DNA of 64,000 nucleotides, taken from assembly GCA_050575255.1 (NCBI GenBank), contig JBNZDD010013398.1:101360-165359 (forward strand), in the 5' to 3' direction. Of the stretch, positions 51,340 to 64,000 are shown one piece after another (the first letter of the stretch is position 1; each line of letters begins with the position of its first letter). Source of the stretch: Harriotta raleighana. Lineage: Eukaryota. Made by a program: the position numbers and the translations under genes. Under the pieces are notes generated by a model. The model saw nothing but the letters and a program-made list of their open reading frames with translations. It did not search any database and had not been told where the DNA came from.

Positions 51340-51700
51340 ACCCCCAATGGAAGCCTTGTACCTCCCCATCTCTGTTCTGCTTCACATTCCCACTCAGCTC
51401 ACTCCATGATCAAACCTTCAGCCTCTGCCCCCATGCTCTGGAACGCCATCCCACATCCCTTATTTGCTTTAACCACTCTCTTGCCTCCTTCAAGGACATC
51501 TGAAGATTATCCTTTTCTGGTTTGGGAGGGGTAGGAGGGTGGGTTTCAAGGGAGGATGGCGGAGGTGGATAACTAAAGGCACCTTTAGTTACCTTTCTAA
51601 CCTACCCTCTCTTGAATGTAAATCCTTGACTGTCCAGTGATTTAAGATGTCCCCTGATGTGAAAGGCGCTGTGTAACTGTAATTTATTCTTGTTATTATA
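51340..51700 (+). mobile_element. Decayed L2 3' fragment
   Basis: ccttcagcctctgcccccatgctctggaac...gatgtcccctgatgtgaaaggcgct tail. Confidence 0.6.
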
Positions 51701-53043
51701 CCGTTGCTTATATCATTTATTGCTGCTGGAACATCTCTTTTGAATCTTCATTGAAACCATTGCGTAAGTGAGAGATTAGAAAATTCAAAACTTAGATGTG
51801 TGTCACTCATCCTTACTCAGACCAAAGTCAGCAGTGCAAGGCTTAGTGTTAATTTGTTTAATTAGTGCTTTAAATGATTTGATCCATTTGGGGATTAGCA
51901 TTTTGAAGGATTCTTTTTCTTACTATGGTGTTTTTTTTGTACTGAATAGTCCATTAGCTTTATTGGAGTTGTCAGGTGGTGCTTTGTCTGTCCTGCAATG
52001 TGTTACAAAATTGTAGTTGCTGCTGAAAATGGCATTGCTTGGATGCTGCTTACAAGGCATAACATACTAGTGTAAAATGAGAAGATTATAATTATTATAT
52101 GTATAGCTAATCGCCTAAAAAAAAAATCACACTGGGAACGCAATGCTCTGCTCACTTGATCATTCAGATGTGAAAACGTAATTGTATTTTAAACCAAATT
52201 GTGTGCTTTTATTTAATGATGCACTTACAACTCAAAGCTGGTTCATAAATATCACCTAACGCTTGATTATTGATGGGTTTATGGGTGTCAAATTTCAGAA
52301 GGTGAAGATAGTTCATAGATGTACCACAGTCCTTGATTATTAATGGATTTATGCACTACAGGTTGCAAATGGAGACTGGTATTCCCAATTCACAAAGTGA
52401 AATGCTTGAGTTTTGCTCTCAAAGTTAGCATTGTAACTTGTTTCAATGCATGAACCATGGTGCAGTATAGTGGGAGTACTGTATATAAAATTGCCATAAT
52501 AATATCAGGTAACAAAATCCTAGCTTGATACATTACAGTTGTGATTACATTTCAGCCAAGTAATTGTAACGGGTGGTGTAAGTTTGATAGTTATCTAAGT
52601 TCCACCATGAAAAAGAAGAGGTAGCCAAACATAACCTTGAAATATTATTTCTCTGTTTTCTGTTAATTTATTTTCTACCCCGAAGGTGTGTAGGTAAGGA
52701 TTCTGTTCAAAGTTACATACTTTGTCTTTAGTGATGCTAGCTGTTAATGGGATTTCCTATTATAGACAGACATCGCCAAAGGTGGTACGTGTAATTCCGA
52801 ATGGAATTTGTACCCTTGTGGTGTGGTATGTTTTCACGGGTGTCAGGTGCCTTACATTAACTTGTAAAAGCGATTCTTCTTCAGTTTGATATTTAAGCAG
52901 TGAATGTGAATAGGTAACTTGACTGTGTGAGAGGCAAGACAGGTACAAATCTTTACCTAAAATATCCAAGCAAGTGGATTTTTGAGGAAGGTTTGTTAGA
53001 TAAAGGAGAAATGGGAACTTTGCCTGAAAGCACTTGACAGAAC

Positions 53044-53357
53044 AATAATAATAATAGCGATCCTTGCATTTGACATAGTGCTTTTCACATCTTCTAGATG
53101 TCTAAAGCACTTCACAGAATATACTGTAAAATAAATTGACTATATATTTGTGGGTGAAACGTGGCAGCCAATTGCATAAAGCAGTGTCCCACAAACAGTG
53201 TGGTATGAAATGACCAATTTATTATTGTTTTTTTTCCGAGGGTTAATGACAGTGTGTGGACTGAGGAAACTTGTTCAACGTATTCACCCTGCCTGGAATT
53301 TAACCCAGGTCTCTTTATTGTAAGGTGAGTGCACTAACCATTGAGTTGCAGGACTCC
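53044..53357 (-). mobile_element. Full-length tRNA-derived SINE, reverse orientation
   Basis: (AAT)n tail, gcagccaattgc...cagtgtcccacaaaca core, head ending gcaggactcc. Confidence 0.85.
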
Positions 53358-54421
53358 CAGAAAATACTGTAAAGTGAATTGACTGTATATTTTTGTGGGC
53401 AAAATCAATCTGCCAATCGAGTTACAACCAAGTTCCTACTTACTGCTAAGTACACAGAAGTGTGTGGAGTAACAAAATTTGTCTAAGTTTTTGCCCTGTT
53501 GGGAATTGAAACATGCCAGAGGTGGCATTTTCAAATGAAACCCTAAATTGAAATACAGTATACAAGTTTATGTATACGTTAAAGATTCTTTTTGAAAAGA
53601 CAAGAAAGTTTCAGCTGGTCTCTCCTAGCTGTCTGATTATTTGAACATTCACCCCATGGCTGTTCGTGGGACATTCTGTGCACAAAAGTCACTTTGCTCG
53701 ACATTAATTTACTGTGAAGTGTTTTGAGATGCCTTGACATTATAACCAAGCCAAATTCTTTCTTTTCTCATCTGTGCAGCTTAATGCAACACCAAGCAAT
53801 GTATTTCCCAGCAAGCCATTTGGGAAGCATATTTGTTGTTTTATACTGCAGTGGTTTGGGACTGCTGGAAAGATTTATTGCAACTTATCTGTTTGCAGGA
53901 AATGTGCAAAGTATTTATATGCGTTTTACTGACTTTTTAAATCTATGTTGGAGCGCTTTATGCTGATAGATTAAAAATCTCAATTTAGCCAATTATTGTA
54001 GAGAGGGGAAAAGAAATCTAACTTTGCTAATGATGCATTTTACGATTATGGGACGTGCAGATGATGGGTTGTAAGTTCCATCAGAACATTAGACAGGTGT
54101 TGGAAACTCAAGGCTTTCATTATTGCGTAAAATATATCAGTGCATACAATTGACAATACTACAGTAATGCGCTCGGAGGCAGTGGAGCATTTTCCAATTG
54201 ACTTCATGGGACCAAGCTATAACTATGCATAGACTGTCTTTCTTATACCCCTATGGTAACTGGTACTGTAGAGTACTCTCATTATCTTGAGTTTGAGTGT
54301 GTTTCTTCTCCTCTGGCTAACCTAGTATTTTTCAAAAGTGAGAAGGCAATTTGGTGTGTTGTTTTGCAACTCTTATGCACACAGAGACACTGCTTTTTAT
54401 CCACAGTTTCAGTCTGATATT

Positions 54422-54562
54422 TTTGGGGATTTTACAGTTTTGTGATTTTACAGTTTTGTGATTCTATTGTGTTTTTTTAAGGGGTGTTTCTTTGGGGATT
54501 TTACAGTTTTGTGATTTTACAGTTTTGTGATTCTATTGTGTTTTTTTAAGGGGTGTTTCTTT
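54422..54562 (+). repeat. Perfect 69-bp tandem duplication with an internal 16-bp doublet
   Basis: Unit tttggggattttacagttttgtgattttacagttttgtgattctattgtg...ggggtgtttc occurs twice. Confidence 0.9.
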
Positions 54563-57500
54563 GCCCTTTGCTCCACAGGAGAAGTAAATCTTGCATGTTA
54601 TCTCATGTTCCAGGAAAATTTTTATTTTAAGAAAATTAAAAACTAATTCTTGAGACAAAATGATTTCATGTAATAAAAATCTAATAATAGCAAAGGAAAT
54701 GGATAAGAATTTAATTTCGGGAGGAATCTCAAAGTGCTTCACAGGATTTCCAGTGGAGTGACTGTGTTTGTAGGCCAAATTGTGGAGAGCAAAATCTCAT
54801 GTGGAACAAATGATCAAGTTTCATTTGAGGGGTTGGGGTGATTGTCCTGTGGGCCAGAACACCAGTATTGGAGGAGATACCTCCAGCAGGGGAGCCAGAA
54901 CCATCAAAGGTACAAATGGTTGAATGGCCTCCACATGCATTATAAACATTCCGCAATGAACTTCAATTTTATGTCTTCACTCCCAGCAGAGTGTGATTTC
55001 GTATTTATTTTTGTCTCTGAACAGGTTTGACAAGCGGAATGGCTTCCTCCTATCCCCATGTTGCTATAGATCTCTGATTATTTAGAAGGACTCACAATTT
55101 ACAGGCTCCAAAACCAGATTGAATGAAGAAACTGATGGATTGCCTAGGTGCCGTTGCATTAATGTTTGGCTCGTAGCTGCCCCTGAGACCACTTTACTTG
55201 TGAAATAACATAGGTGAATTAGATATATCTTTAATTTATCCTTGATCATCTCCTATTCTGTCTAACTTAAAATGAATCGTGCACTGAATCTCTTCCAGTT
55301 ATTTATTAATGTGTTTGCTGACCATTATCCCATCTATTGGTCTGAACAAAATGTCTTCAGGATGTAATTAATCTGCAGGTTATATTGTTATTGCTTTTCT
55401 TTCTGCAATTAAATATGAATTATATTGTGTTTGTTTTTTGAACCTAAGTAATGATTTGTGAAAGGCAGGGTCTGAAAGATTTGCTTTCACTGAAATTTAA
55501 CTGTTCAGGACCACAGCCAGAAGGCCTGTGTCCTCAAATTTCGGCTATTCTAAGATTGCAAGACACTGTCTTAAAATTTAACATGGTGCACAGAATTCAA
55601 GAAATTGAGCCTTTATTTAGAAGTCAATCTTCAGTGGAATTGAACTTGCTTTTTTTTTCCAAATTAGGATTAAGGTTGAGAATTTTGCACAATCATGGTA
55701 CAAAAGACAACATCTCAAAGTATCAGAATGGATAAAATATTGGCTCTTTGAATTTGGTATGGTTTATCCCTGCATGTTTTCAGAGCTGGACAATACAGCT
55801 CTGCTTGAGTAGGACATTACAATTTTATAGAAGGCGAGAGAAAGAAGGATGGTGGGAAGTTCCGGTCATTTCCCCATTCAGCTTCATTGACATGCAAGTC
55901 AGCACCACATAGTTTAGTGCTAATATGCTCAATCGCTTTGATGAGCTTGTTAATTTGGGGATTATTTGCTTGAAGGACTTTATCTCCAACAGTGCGCATT
56001 ATTTTTTAAGCAGGCCTTCATTTTCATTAGGTAATAATGGCCCCGAAATACTGGAAAGGCTCAGCGGGTCAATCGACAAAGGAAAGAGAAACACAGGGCA
56101 GCGTTTTCAGGTGTGACCCTTCATCAGAACCGATTGTCGTGATGATTACACTTTTTGGAGCAATTTTATGTACAAAGTGTTTGCTCGAGAATGAAATTAA
56201 GATGTCCTTTTTGGAAAATATCTTGAAATTATATGAATAGAAATATTCATCAGTATATTTAAATGGGGGTATCTCACTCTCCACTTATGATTGGTGAATT
56301 TGCATTTCTCTTATAATGAATTGCTGTATGAGTATCCAGTTCCCTGATATATAAGTTCAATCACTGCATTACATCTGTTTATGCTCTTCTACCAGTTGAA
56401 AGCATTTACCCACAACCTTTGTGTGAATAGATTGCTCAACAGCAGGGTTCTGAACCTAATTCTGAATGCAAAGGCAACTGGTCAAACACTGAATGGTTCG
56501 ATTGTGTGAGTGAGTGTGTGTGAGTGAGTGGGTTGATATGTGTGGGGATGAGTTTGTGTGTGTGAGTGAGTGGATGGATATCTGTGGGGTTGAGTTTGTT
56601 GCATGATTTGGAAGCAGGATCATGCGAATGTCTGTGTGTTTGCATGCAAAAACAAAAGTATTCAGCGGTCTAAAGAAAAGAGGGAAATGAGAGCAGAAAG
56701 GTTAAGAGCTGCTGTGAACTACTGAAATGGTTAGAACAGTATTGATAGGCCGAATAGCCTGTCCTTGTTTCTGCTTGGAATTCCTGTGTTATGACAGAGA
56801 ACATTTAGATGCATAATTTTTTTTAACAGAAATACTTTGTCTATCAGTGCATATACCTCAATTGATTTTGTTCAGTGACTACAGAAGGAGCACTCTGATT
56901 CTGCAATGCTTTCCTCATTGCAGGCCTGTAGATCCCTGTTTGCCCCACAGCATTTCTCTGTATGTGTCCCTGCTCTGAATAGCAAATCTAGAGAGTTGGT
57001 GGAAAAAAGAATAGTCTGGAAATGGCTGGGTAGTGGTAACAGTGAGTCCAGTTAAATACACAGCAGTTTGGAGGATTGAATTTTGTTTATTAAATCTCTT
57101 GTCATTCATTGCTACGATTCTGAATGTTGAATGAAGACAAAATAAATCTCTGTTTGAATGAATTATTAATTTCAATATTGACCAGGCAGAGTAGAAATAC
57201 CTGATTTTGTGTTCACTGTAGTGCCTGCACAGTAACAGTCTAATCTTTCACACACAGATGATGGCTGCTATTCATTGAGCTTCAAACATTTGTGCATATT
57301 TTCAGTAAAAGTCATTTATGGTGTATTAATGGATTATAGTGTTGTTATAAACGCTGCATTTGCTGCAGAGGTTTTTGCCGAATGTCCCTGTGATTAAGCT
57401 TTCGAATGGATGCATAGACACGCAAAGTTTGCTGCCAATATTTAGCATTCAAATTGAGGCATGCAATGGCAAATTAATATTCCTACTCAGCTCACTGAAC

Positions 57501-58114
57501 CTTCCTGATCCATGAATTAACTTTTTAGCAGAGAATCAAATTACGGAACTTCAATCTTCCATTACTGACTTGTAAGCAGTATAATTATATCTGTGATGAG
57601 TGGAGCTCTGTTCCATTGAGAACCCATTCTGTGCTCTTAAAAATTCTCTGATACGTTCCAGGAAGTTGAGAAAATGGAATAAAATTTCACCCCTTTTTTA
57701 GAAAAGAAGAGATTGGGGAAAGCCAAGACAACAAGACCGGGAGAGCAAGACAAGTTTCCTAAGAGACAATGTTCATCAGAAAAAACTCAAAAGTTAATAG
57801 TATGAAGTCTGACACACTAGGATTTACACATGCTGTGCACAGCAAGCAGAATAGACATCACTAAATCAGAACCCATAACAATAACCCACAAAGAAGGGAA
57901 TGAACAGTGGGTGCATGATGTAAGATGCAAATTGGCAGTGAAGCAGTATGCGAGGACATGCTAAGTGCATCTCGGAAGAAAAAGAAGGAATTTGAGACCT
58001 CAAAGTACAAGTAGGAAAAGGGCAGGTGACCTGGAAAGCAAGCCATGATTACGTATAAGGAAGCGATACTATAGATATTGGTCTGGTACTGTATATATTC
58101 AACTCCACAATGGG

Positions 58115-58360
58115 TAATAATAATAATAATCCTTGCATTTGATGTAGTGCTTTTCCCTTCTCCAAGACATTTCAAAGCGCTTCACAGAATACACTATAAA
58201 GTGAATTGACTGTATACTTGTGGGCTAAATGCGGCAGCCAGTTTCACATAGCAGTGTCCCACAAACAGTTGTGGATTGAATGACCAATTTTATTTCTATT
58301 TTTTTTGAGGGATTATTATTAACTGTGTATGTGGAGTAAGCAAACTTGCTCAAGGTTTTT
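58115..58360 (-). mobile_element. SINE lacking the tRNA head, reverse orientation
   Basis: (AAT)n, caaagcgcttcacagaata, gcagtgtcccacaaacagttgtgg. Confidence 0.8.
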
Positions 58361-61203
58361 GAGTCAGTTCTCAATGTTTACATCAGGAACAGGTGCAAAA
58401 GTGTGCAGTCTAGGGCACCCTTCCTTAAATAGAATTGATAAGAGCCTAATTGAAGAGGTGATGGCGATGATTATCGGATGAAGACTTCTTAAGTTATGAA
58501 GTAAAACAGCACAAAACCAAACTTTTATCTCTGGGGAGAAATCTTGAGAATGGATAAGAGCCAAGTCATTAAAATAATGAGGAGAATCAATGGTGTGGAT
58601 GAAAGCAGGTTATTTAACTAGACTGATATTGGAGCTCAAGACAATCTGAGCAAAATATTAGGAAGCCTCAAGTGAAAATAGAGATTAAATGATTACCACC
58701 CTCCCCACCACCACAACACACACATACACACACACAGAACAGTAGATATGTGAAATAAACTCAGCAAAAATAAAATGCCAAGTCAATCAACTCCTTTTTA
58801 AAACAGTTGGATAATTATCTGCCAGAGAACAGCATTCACAATTGTAAGCAGGGGGATAAAGATGATCAAACACTAAAATTTTATGTGCTGCCGGGTAACA
58901 TGGCTGGGCGAGCTGTGGAATGCAATTGATCAGAGGACTCAGCCATTGATTTGTGGCTAGATTAATCGGTAAAAAAAACTTTGAGTTTGAGGAGTTGTGA
59001 GTCACAAATGTCACAAGTCTTCATCTTCTCTGAAGTTAACTTATGGCTGAAATATCACCCCCACTACAATTTTAAAAAAAAACTTTTTTTTGCAAATGCT
59101 CAGACGCATTAAAATATTGATATGAAAGGCCAACTACTACAACTGTAAATTATTGTTGCAAAATGTATTTTTATCCTCAGAGTTGTTCCCAGTTTTCTGG
59201 GTTGATAAACTGATTATCCACTTAATAATAATAATTCTTGCATTTGATATAGTGCCTTATTACTTTGTTGAGGCGTTTCAATATACCGTGAAATGGATTG
59301 ATTGTATTTTGTCGTCAAAATTTGTCTATTTGTGAAACCTTGTTGGTGCATGTGGTTGCTATGTTTACTGACACAATACAGTCACTACACTTGAAAGTAA
59401 TGATACAATAGTTACAAAAGAAAATACCTACTTTTGTAATATTATTGGCCTGGGTCCATTTGAGATGCTTACTCAGCTGAACTAACAATACTTGTCACAT
59501 AACCTTGTTCACCAGTAACTTATTGCCTTCCCTAAGCTGTTGAAAAGAAGATTGCTTCTGAATTCACAAAGATATATTTTGAGTTCAGATCTTTTTGCTG
59601 CATCACATAGAACTAAAAATGTCACCAAATGGTATTCTGATCTGCATTGATTTGATGCATTGTTCTTAAACTGTTGGATTGATGAAAATTTGCATTGATT
59701 TCAAGATTTCAAACCCATTGAAACAGTTTATCAATGAGGGTATATGTTCAAATCTTTATGGGAGCGGATTTACCCCTTAAATATAGTGGTTTTGTTGCTC
59801 TCCCTGCTTCTCCTTTCCCCCACAAAATATACTTAATCACTTTACAGTTATTCTGTGAAGCACTTTGAGTTGTCTCTAAAACATTTTAAGGGGTGATATT
59901 CAATGCACGGATTATTATTATCAATGCTCATTCTCTTTGTTATTTTTCACTATGTTTAACTTCTACCTGTTACGTCTCAATGGTTAGGAATGAAATCAAT
60001 TAGTCCTTGTGATTTAATGTACATTTCAGATGTTTAGTTTGATTCAATGTGACAAAGCAACTAATTAATTGCGGATATCGTTTCCAGCACATTATTATAG
60101 AAAGCAAATGTATTGCCCCGCAAATTGAATGCTTTGTGTAATTTATTAATGGAATAATTTAGGAATCCTGTAGCATATTGGTTAGATTGGCGGATCGCTT
60201 CCTGAGGATAAAAATCCCTATAAAAAATGGTCACTCAAACCACAAATATTTGTGGGACATTACCATGCATAAATTGGGTACTTAGCATTTCCCACAAAAT
60301 ATACAGTGAATTGATTTTATATTATATTGTGTGAAGCGATTTGAGACATCTCAAAGGCATTTATATCAAATTCAATTATTATTAATGATTTTATCAAAAG
60401 GCTGTTGAACTAGAATCTGTGGACTCTGAACTAGGGGTCAGGTCAGAATAATCACAATATATTCTGGTTAATATTCCTTTCATAATTTCAAAATTAGTCA
60501 GGAATAGGCTTAGCCTTTTGGTCAGGGTCTTGTATTTCCTGCTGAACTTGATTGCACTGATGATGCAAAACACAACATTTATCAGGGAGTTAGGTAAACA
60601 TTTAAAATGAGAAGAATTTAAAATGTACAAGGAAAGAGCAGGGGTTAGAGCAGTCAAATTTAGTGGAGGTGTTAGCACAAGTATAGATTTGATAGGCCCA
60701 ATAGTTTCCTCGCTGACTGTAATCATATAATTAACAACAAATGATTTTGCATTATGTGTTAATTATGACCAATTTTAATTCCCTCTAAACACATGTGATT
60801 ACATGCAGTACAGCTGTATTTAAACATGATTTATTCATGTACGTTATACTATAGCCAACCCAAATGCAATTGAATTATAATTCATCCATGTATACAACAG
60901 GTTAAGTCTAAGTTTCAGCCTTTTGAAACTATGGTATAGATACTCGACAAGCTTATAGAGTAGATGCACAATATGCTCAGTCATCACAGATCTGTGAAGT
61001 TGAATTTTTTGGGTTTCTGCCTGAAATCCTGCACTTATTCAGATGATTGATGACTGTACTGGGAAATAAAACAGTTTCGCAGTTTGATCACCGTGCTGAA
61101 ACAAAATAAGCAATTTCAGGTTGGGTTACAACTTGGGTGATACAAAATGCAGAGTTTCATTATTTTCCCCGGGAGAATAAAAAATGTTTCCACTGCAACG
61201 GCG

Positions 61204-61221
61204 TCTGCCACCTATTGAACC
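61204..61221 (-). promoter_or_regulatory. Possible reverse-oriented CTCF site
   Basis: Minus strand reads TTCAATAGGTGGCAGA versus consensus CCACTAGGTGGCAG, in a locally CpG-containing stretch. Confidence 0.35.
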
Positions 61222-62251
61222 GGCGTGACATAATCATTTGCAACTAGTTCGATCTTTGTTGTCTCTCTGAATGAGACTGTGGAATTAGTGTGCTGGATTG
61301 CCAAATCGAAATCGGATGCCCATTGTGCAAAGTGAATCTCCCGCGTATAATGTTCTCATTTCTGAGAATTTCCAAGATTATTTCTGCACCTCAATCAAAG
61401 GTGATGTGAGTTTGTTTTTATTAAAGCATCAGAAATTAAGGCATTATGTACTGTTGCGAATGCTTCTCCAACTCTTAAATTATTCAGGTTTAGAGATTGC
61501 CCAGTTGGTCATTGCCCACTGTCGCATCTAGCGCTAACACATACAGTGCAGAGAGTTGCATCCAATTCTATTGGGGGAAGATGAAGACGCTTCCACAAGT
61601 TTGTTGACAAGTTCTCCCTCATAAAACAGGACATCTTTTATTGCAGTGTTAGTGCGCTTTGACGGTGCTGTGTGCTGAATTGTATTCTCCATTCTGAATA
61701 CCCTAATGTTACTGACAAGCAAAATCACTTCCTCTTCGTAAGAACATAAGAATTGCTAGACGAAAGAAGACCAAGATCCATCCAGTTTTCCTTCCACCCA
61801 CCTGGCAGTTGCATACATATGTCATGTCCCAAACTATATATTCTATGAAGTATTTATCAGCACCCAAAGAAGAAGAAGTGTACAGATGTGTGTGCTGGTG
61901 AGAAAAAGGGTTAAATGTTCAAAAGGTCTTGTCCTTTAATCTGATAGAGAAATAAACCAGCGGTTTGAAGTGTTGAAATTCGGCCACCTGGCATGCAATT
62001 TCTCAGATTGCTTTGAAGTGTAATGAATATACAAGTAAACAAGCACGCTTTTATTAATAATAAACCAAGAATCCATCTCAACGGGATAATGCTCCAAACA
62101 GCACTGCACATCCCTGGTTGCAGCATTCAAATGAGTTGCCATGTTTACACAGATGTTCAAAATTTGGAGCCAACCCAAATTAGACTTTGAATGCAATTAA
62201 TCTGTATCATGTATTTTAGATTTTGTCCACCACATCTGTTCACTTGTGTAG

Positions 62252-62342
62252 ATCATGTGATGGGCAAGTGATAACTAAAAAGAGTGTTAAAGATGATGTC
62301 TGGTCCTCTGCTGAATTGGAGAGTGCAAGGGACAACGGGCAG
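62252..62342 (+). CDS. Candidate internal exon (91 bp; SCDGQVITKKSVKDDVWSSAELESARDNGQ), possibly a constant exon for exon B
   Basis: Acceptor catctgttcacttgtgtag|A, consensus donor CAG|GTGAGT, open in phase 2->0, size near Pcdh constant exon 2. No convincing motif match. Confidence 0.3.
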
Positions 62343-62653
62343 GTGAGTCTACAGTCAAATTCAGATAACACCAAGAAATTGGATGTTAAATCACCCATCA
62401 ATGTGAAACAGCCCAGATATTCTGTTGCATTGATACAGATTGAGAGGGCAATGCTGCCACCCATTGGTTGCCATTGGTACCGCAAGGAACGTTGCAACGA
62501 ATTTGCACAAACATTAATTTGCATAATCATAATAAAATAACATTTGCATTTAATGAAGTGCCGTATCACGAGATGTCACAAAAGCTTCAAATTAATTATT
62601 TTGATGTGTTTAAATTCTTGTTTGGTTGCATAATATGAAGGAAACTTGTCTGA

Positions 62654-62827
62654 AATGAGACAATTGATTAATTCATCCTTTTTTTGTATATTGGACGATG
62701 GATAAATTATGGCCAGGTCAGAGGGACAACACCATGTACNAATGAGACAATTGATTAATTCATCCTTTTTTTGTAAATTGGACGATGGATAAATTATGGC
62801 CAGGTCAGAGGGACAACACCATGTACC
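62654..62827. repeat. About 86-bp duplication on either side of a single N (62740); probable assembly overlap
   Basis: The copies differ at one base (gtatattgg versus gtaaattgg) and abut the N. Confidence 0.8.
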
Positions 62828-64000
62828 TTTTCAAAATAATTATATGGGATCTTTAATGCCCACCTGGACTGTTACAACAATAATTCTTGCATTTGAGAAA
62901 GTGCCTGCCTTATATTGTTAAGACATCTTCAAGCGCTTCACAGAATATACTGCAAAGTGAATTGATTGTGTATTTTGTGGGAGAAATAAGAACAGAAAGA
63001 CAGGTTTTGATTCAGTGCTTTGTTCAAAGAAATCTTTCATAATGCATCAGTATTTTTCTCCCTAGTTCAATATCTGATCAGGCACCAAAAGGGTAATTTC
63101 CTACTTGTCAAGGTGCTTGGCACTATATTTCAGCTTCAAACTGCCTGATGACTTGACTTTACCTTCACCAATAGTGGGCAGTACAGAACTATTGAAAGTA
63201 GATGCTAGAGGATAGATCTTATCTGGAATTCTATTGCCTTCCAACAATAATTGCTGGGTTTATAAGGGCCTGATTATTTGATTTTCATATTTGTCCCCTA
63301 TTACCTCAACTGCACAGTCATCAATCATATACTTTAACTCTTGGAAAGCTGACAATACATTCTGCTTCCCTTAAAAAAACTCACAATAATAATTCACTTA
63401 GTAAGTATTTACACATAGACGCAAATATATTAGTAATTTAAAAATAAAATGTGCGTGCATTTTTTTTTCAAAACTGCAAAATAATGCTGTGTTTTCCTGC
63501 TGTGCCCTTCAACCCTGAAGGCAAGCCAATTTGTGTTTATTCCCATTGAGTGTCTTTCATCTGGCGTGATTGGATTGTGGGCAACAAATAGATGGTTGCT
63601 AGGCCTAGTTTTTTAATATTTAAATAGGGAAGCACTGTATTTTGTCACTCATTCCTTGTTAAGGTACAAGCTTTAATCAGTTAAATTCCTTCTCCCTCAC
63701 TTTGATTTTTCTTTCTGCGAGAACAAAGCATTATTGAGTACAGCTCTCTCATTCCTTTCCTCAACTATCAAAATTTGAGACCACGAACAGACGCTTAAAA
63801 TTGAGGTTGACAAGGTGCACTATTTCAATTAAATATGGGGATGATGGAACTGATCATTTTCATTGCTGTAATTCATATTTCTCTTGTTGATGTTTTGAAT
63901 GAATTGGAAATATTGAAAGTGGGAATTTATTGCTTTTTTTTGTCTTACAAATTGTTTCAATACTAAACCAGTTATTCCTGGTTTAATAATTAGAGCAAAT

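Noticed and set aside
52362-52396. Possible constant exon 1 for exon B (VANGDWYSQFT, phase 0->2)
   Set aside because: The DW similarity is tempting, but the acceptor is pyrimidine-poor, the donor AA|GTGAAA is weak and the length (35 bp) is atypical; unsupported without RNA data.
62654-62827. Biological tandem duplication
   Set aside because: The copies abut a single N, typical of unmerged contig ends.

Overview
Vertebrate genomic DNA, very probably a cartilaginous fish; the repeat families look like those of a chimaera such as Callorhinchus milii (an inference, not proven). The window covers part of a clustered protocadherin (Pcdh) locus, all on the + strand. It holds a large variable exon (1275-3791: signal peptide, six cadherin repeats, TM, variable cytoplasmic part) and three small constant exons recovered by hand (6005-6063, 6327-6400, 10598-10848). 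Their splice phases (0/2/1) join into one open 966-aa protein. About 26 kb of SINE/LINE-rich DNA follows, then a second variable exon (37092-39614) that lies downstream of those constant exons and so must belong to another subcluster; its constant region is not clearly resolved here (candidate exon 62252-62342). Most notable: the constant tail combines a Pcdh-gamma-like RYGPQ...NVYIPG motif with an alpha/delta2-like WIRS motif (FSTFGK); constant exon 2 has two same-phase donors separated by an in-frame stop and a G-quadruplex motif; both promoters share a 26-bp element; and filled and empty alleles of an L2 insertion appear to be assembled side by side. The variable/constant architecture is a known system, so any novelty lies in these details. 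No rRNA, CRISPR or genuine tRNA genes were found.
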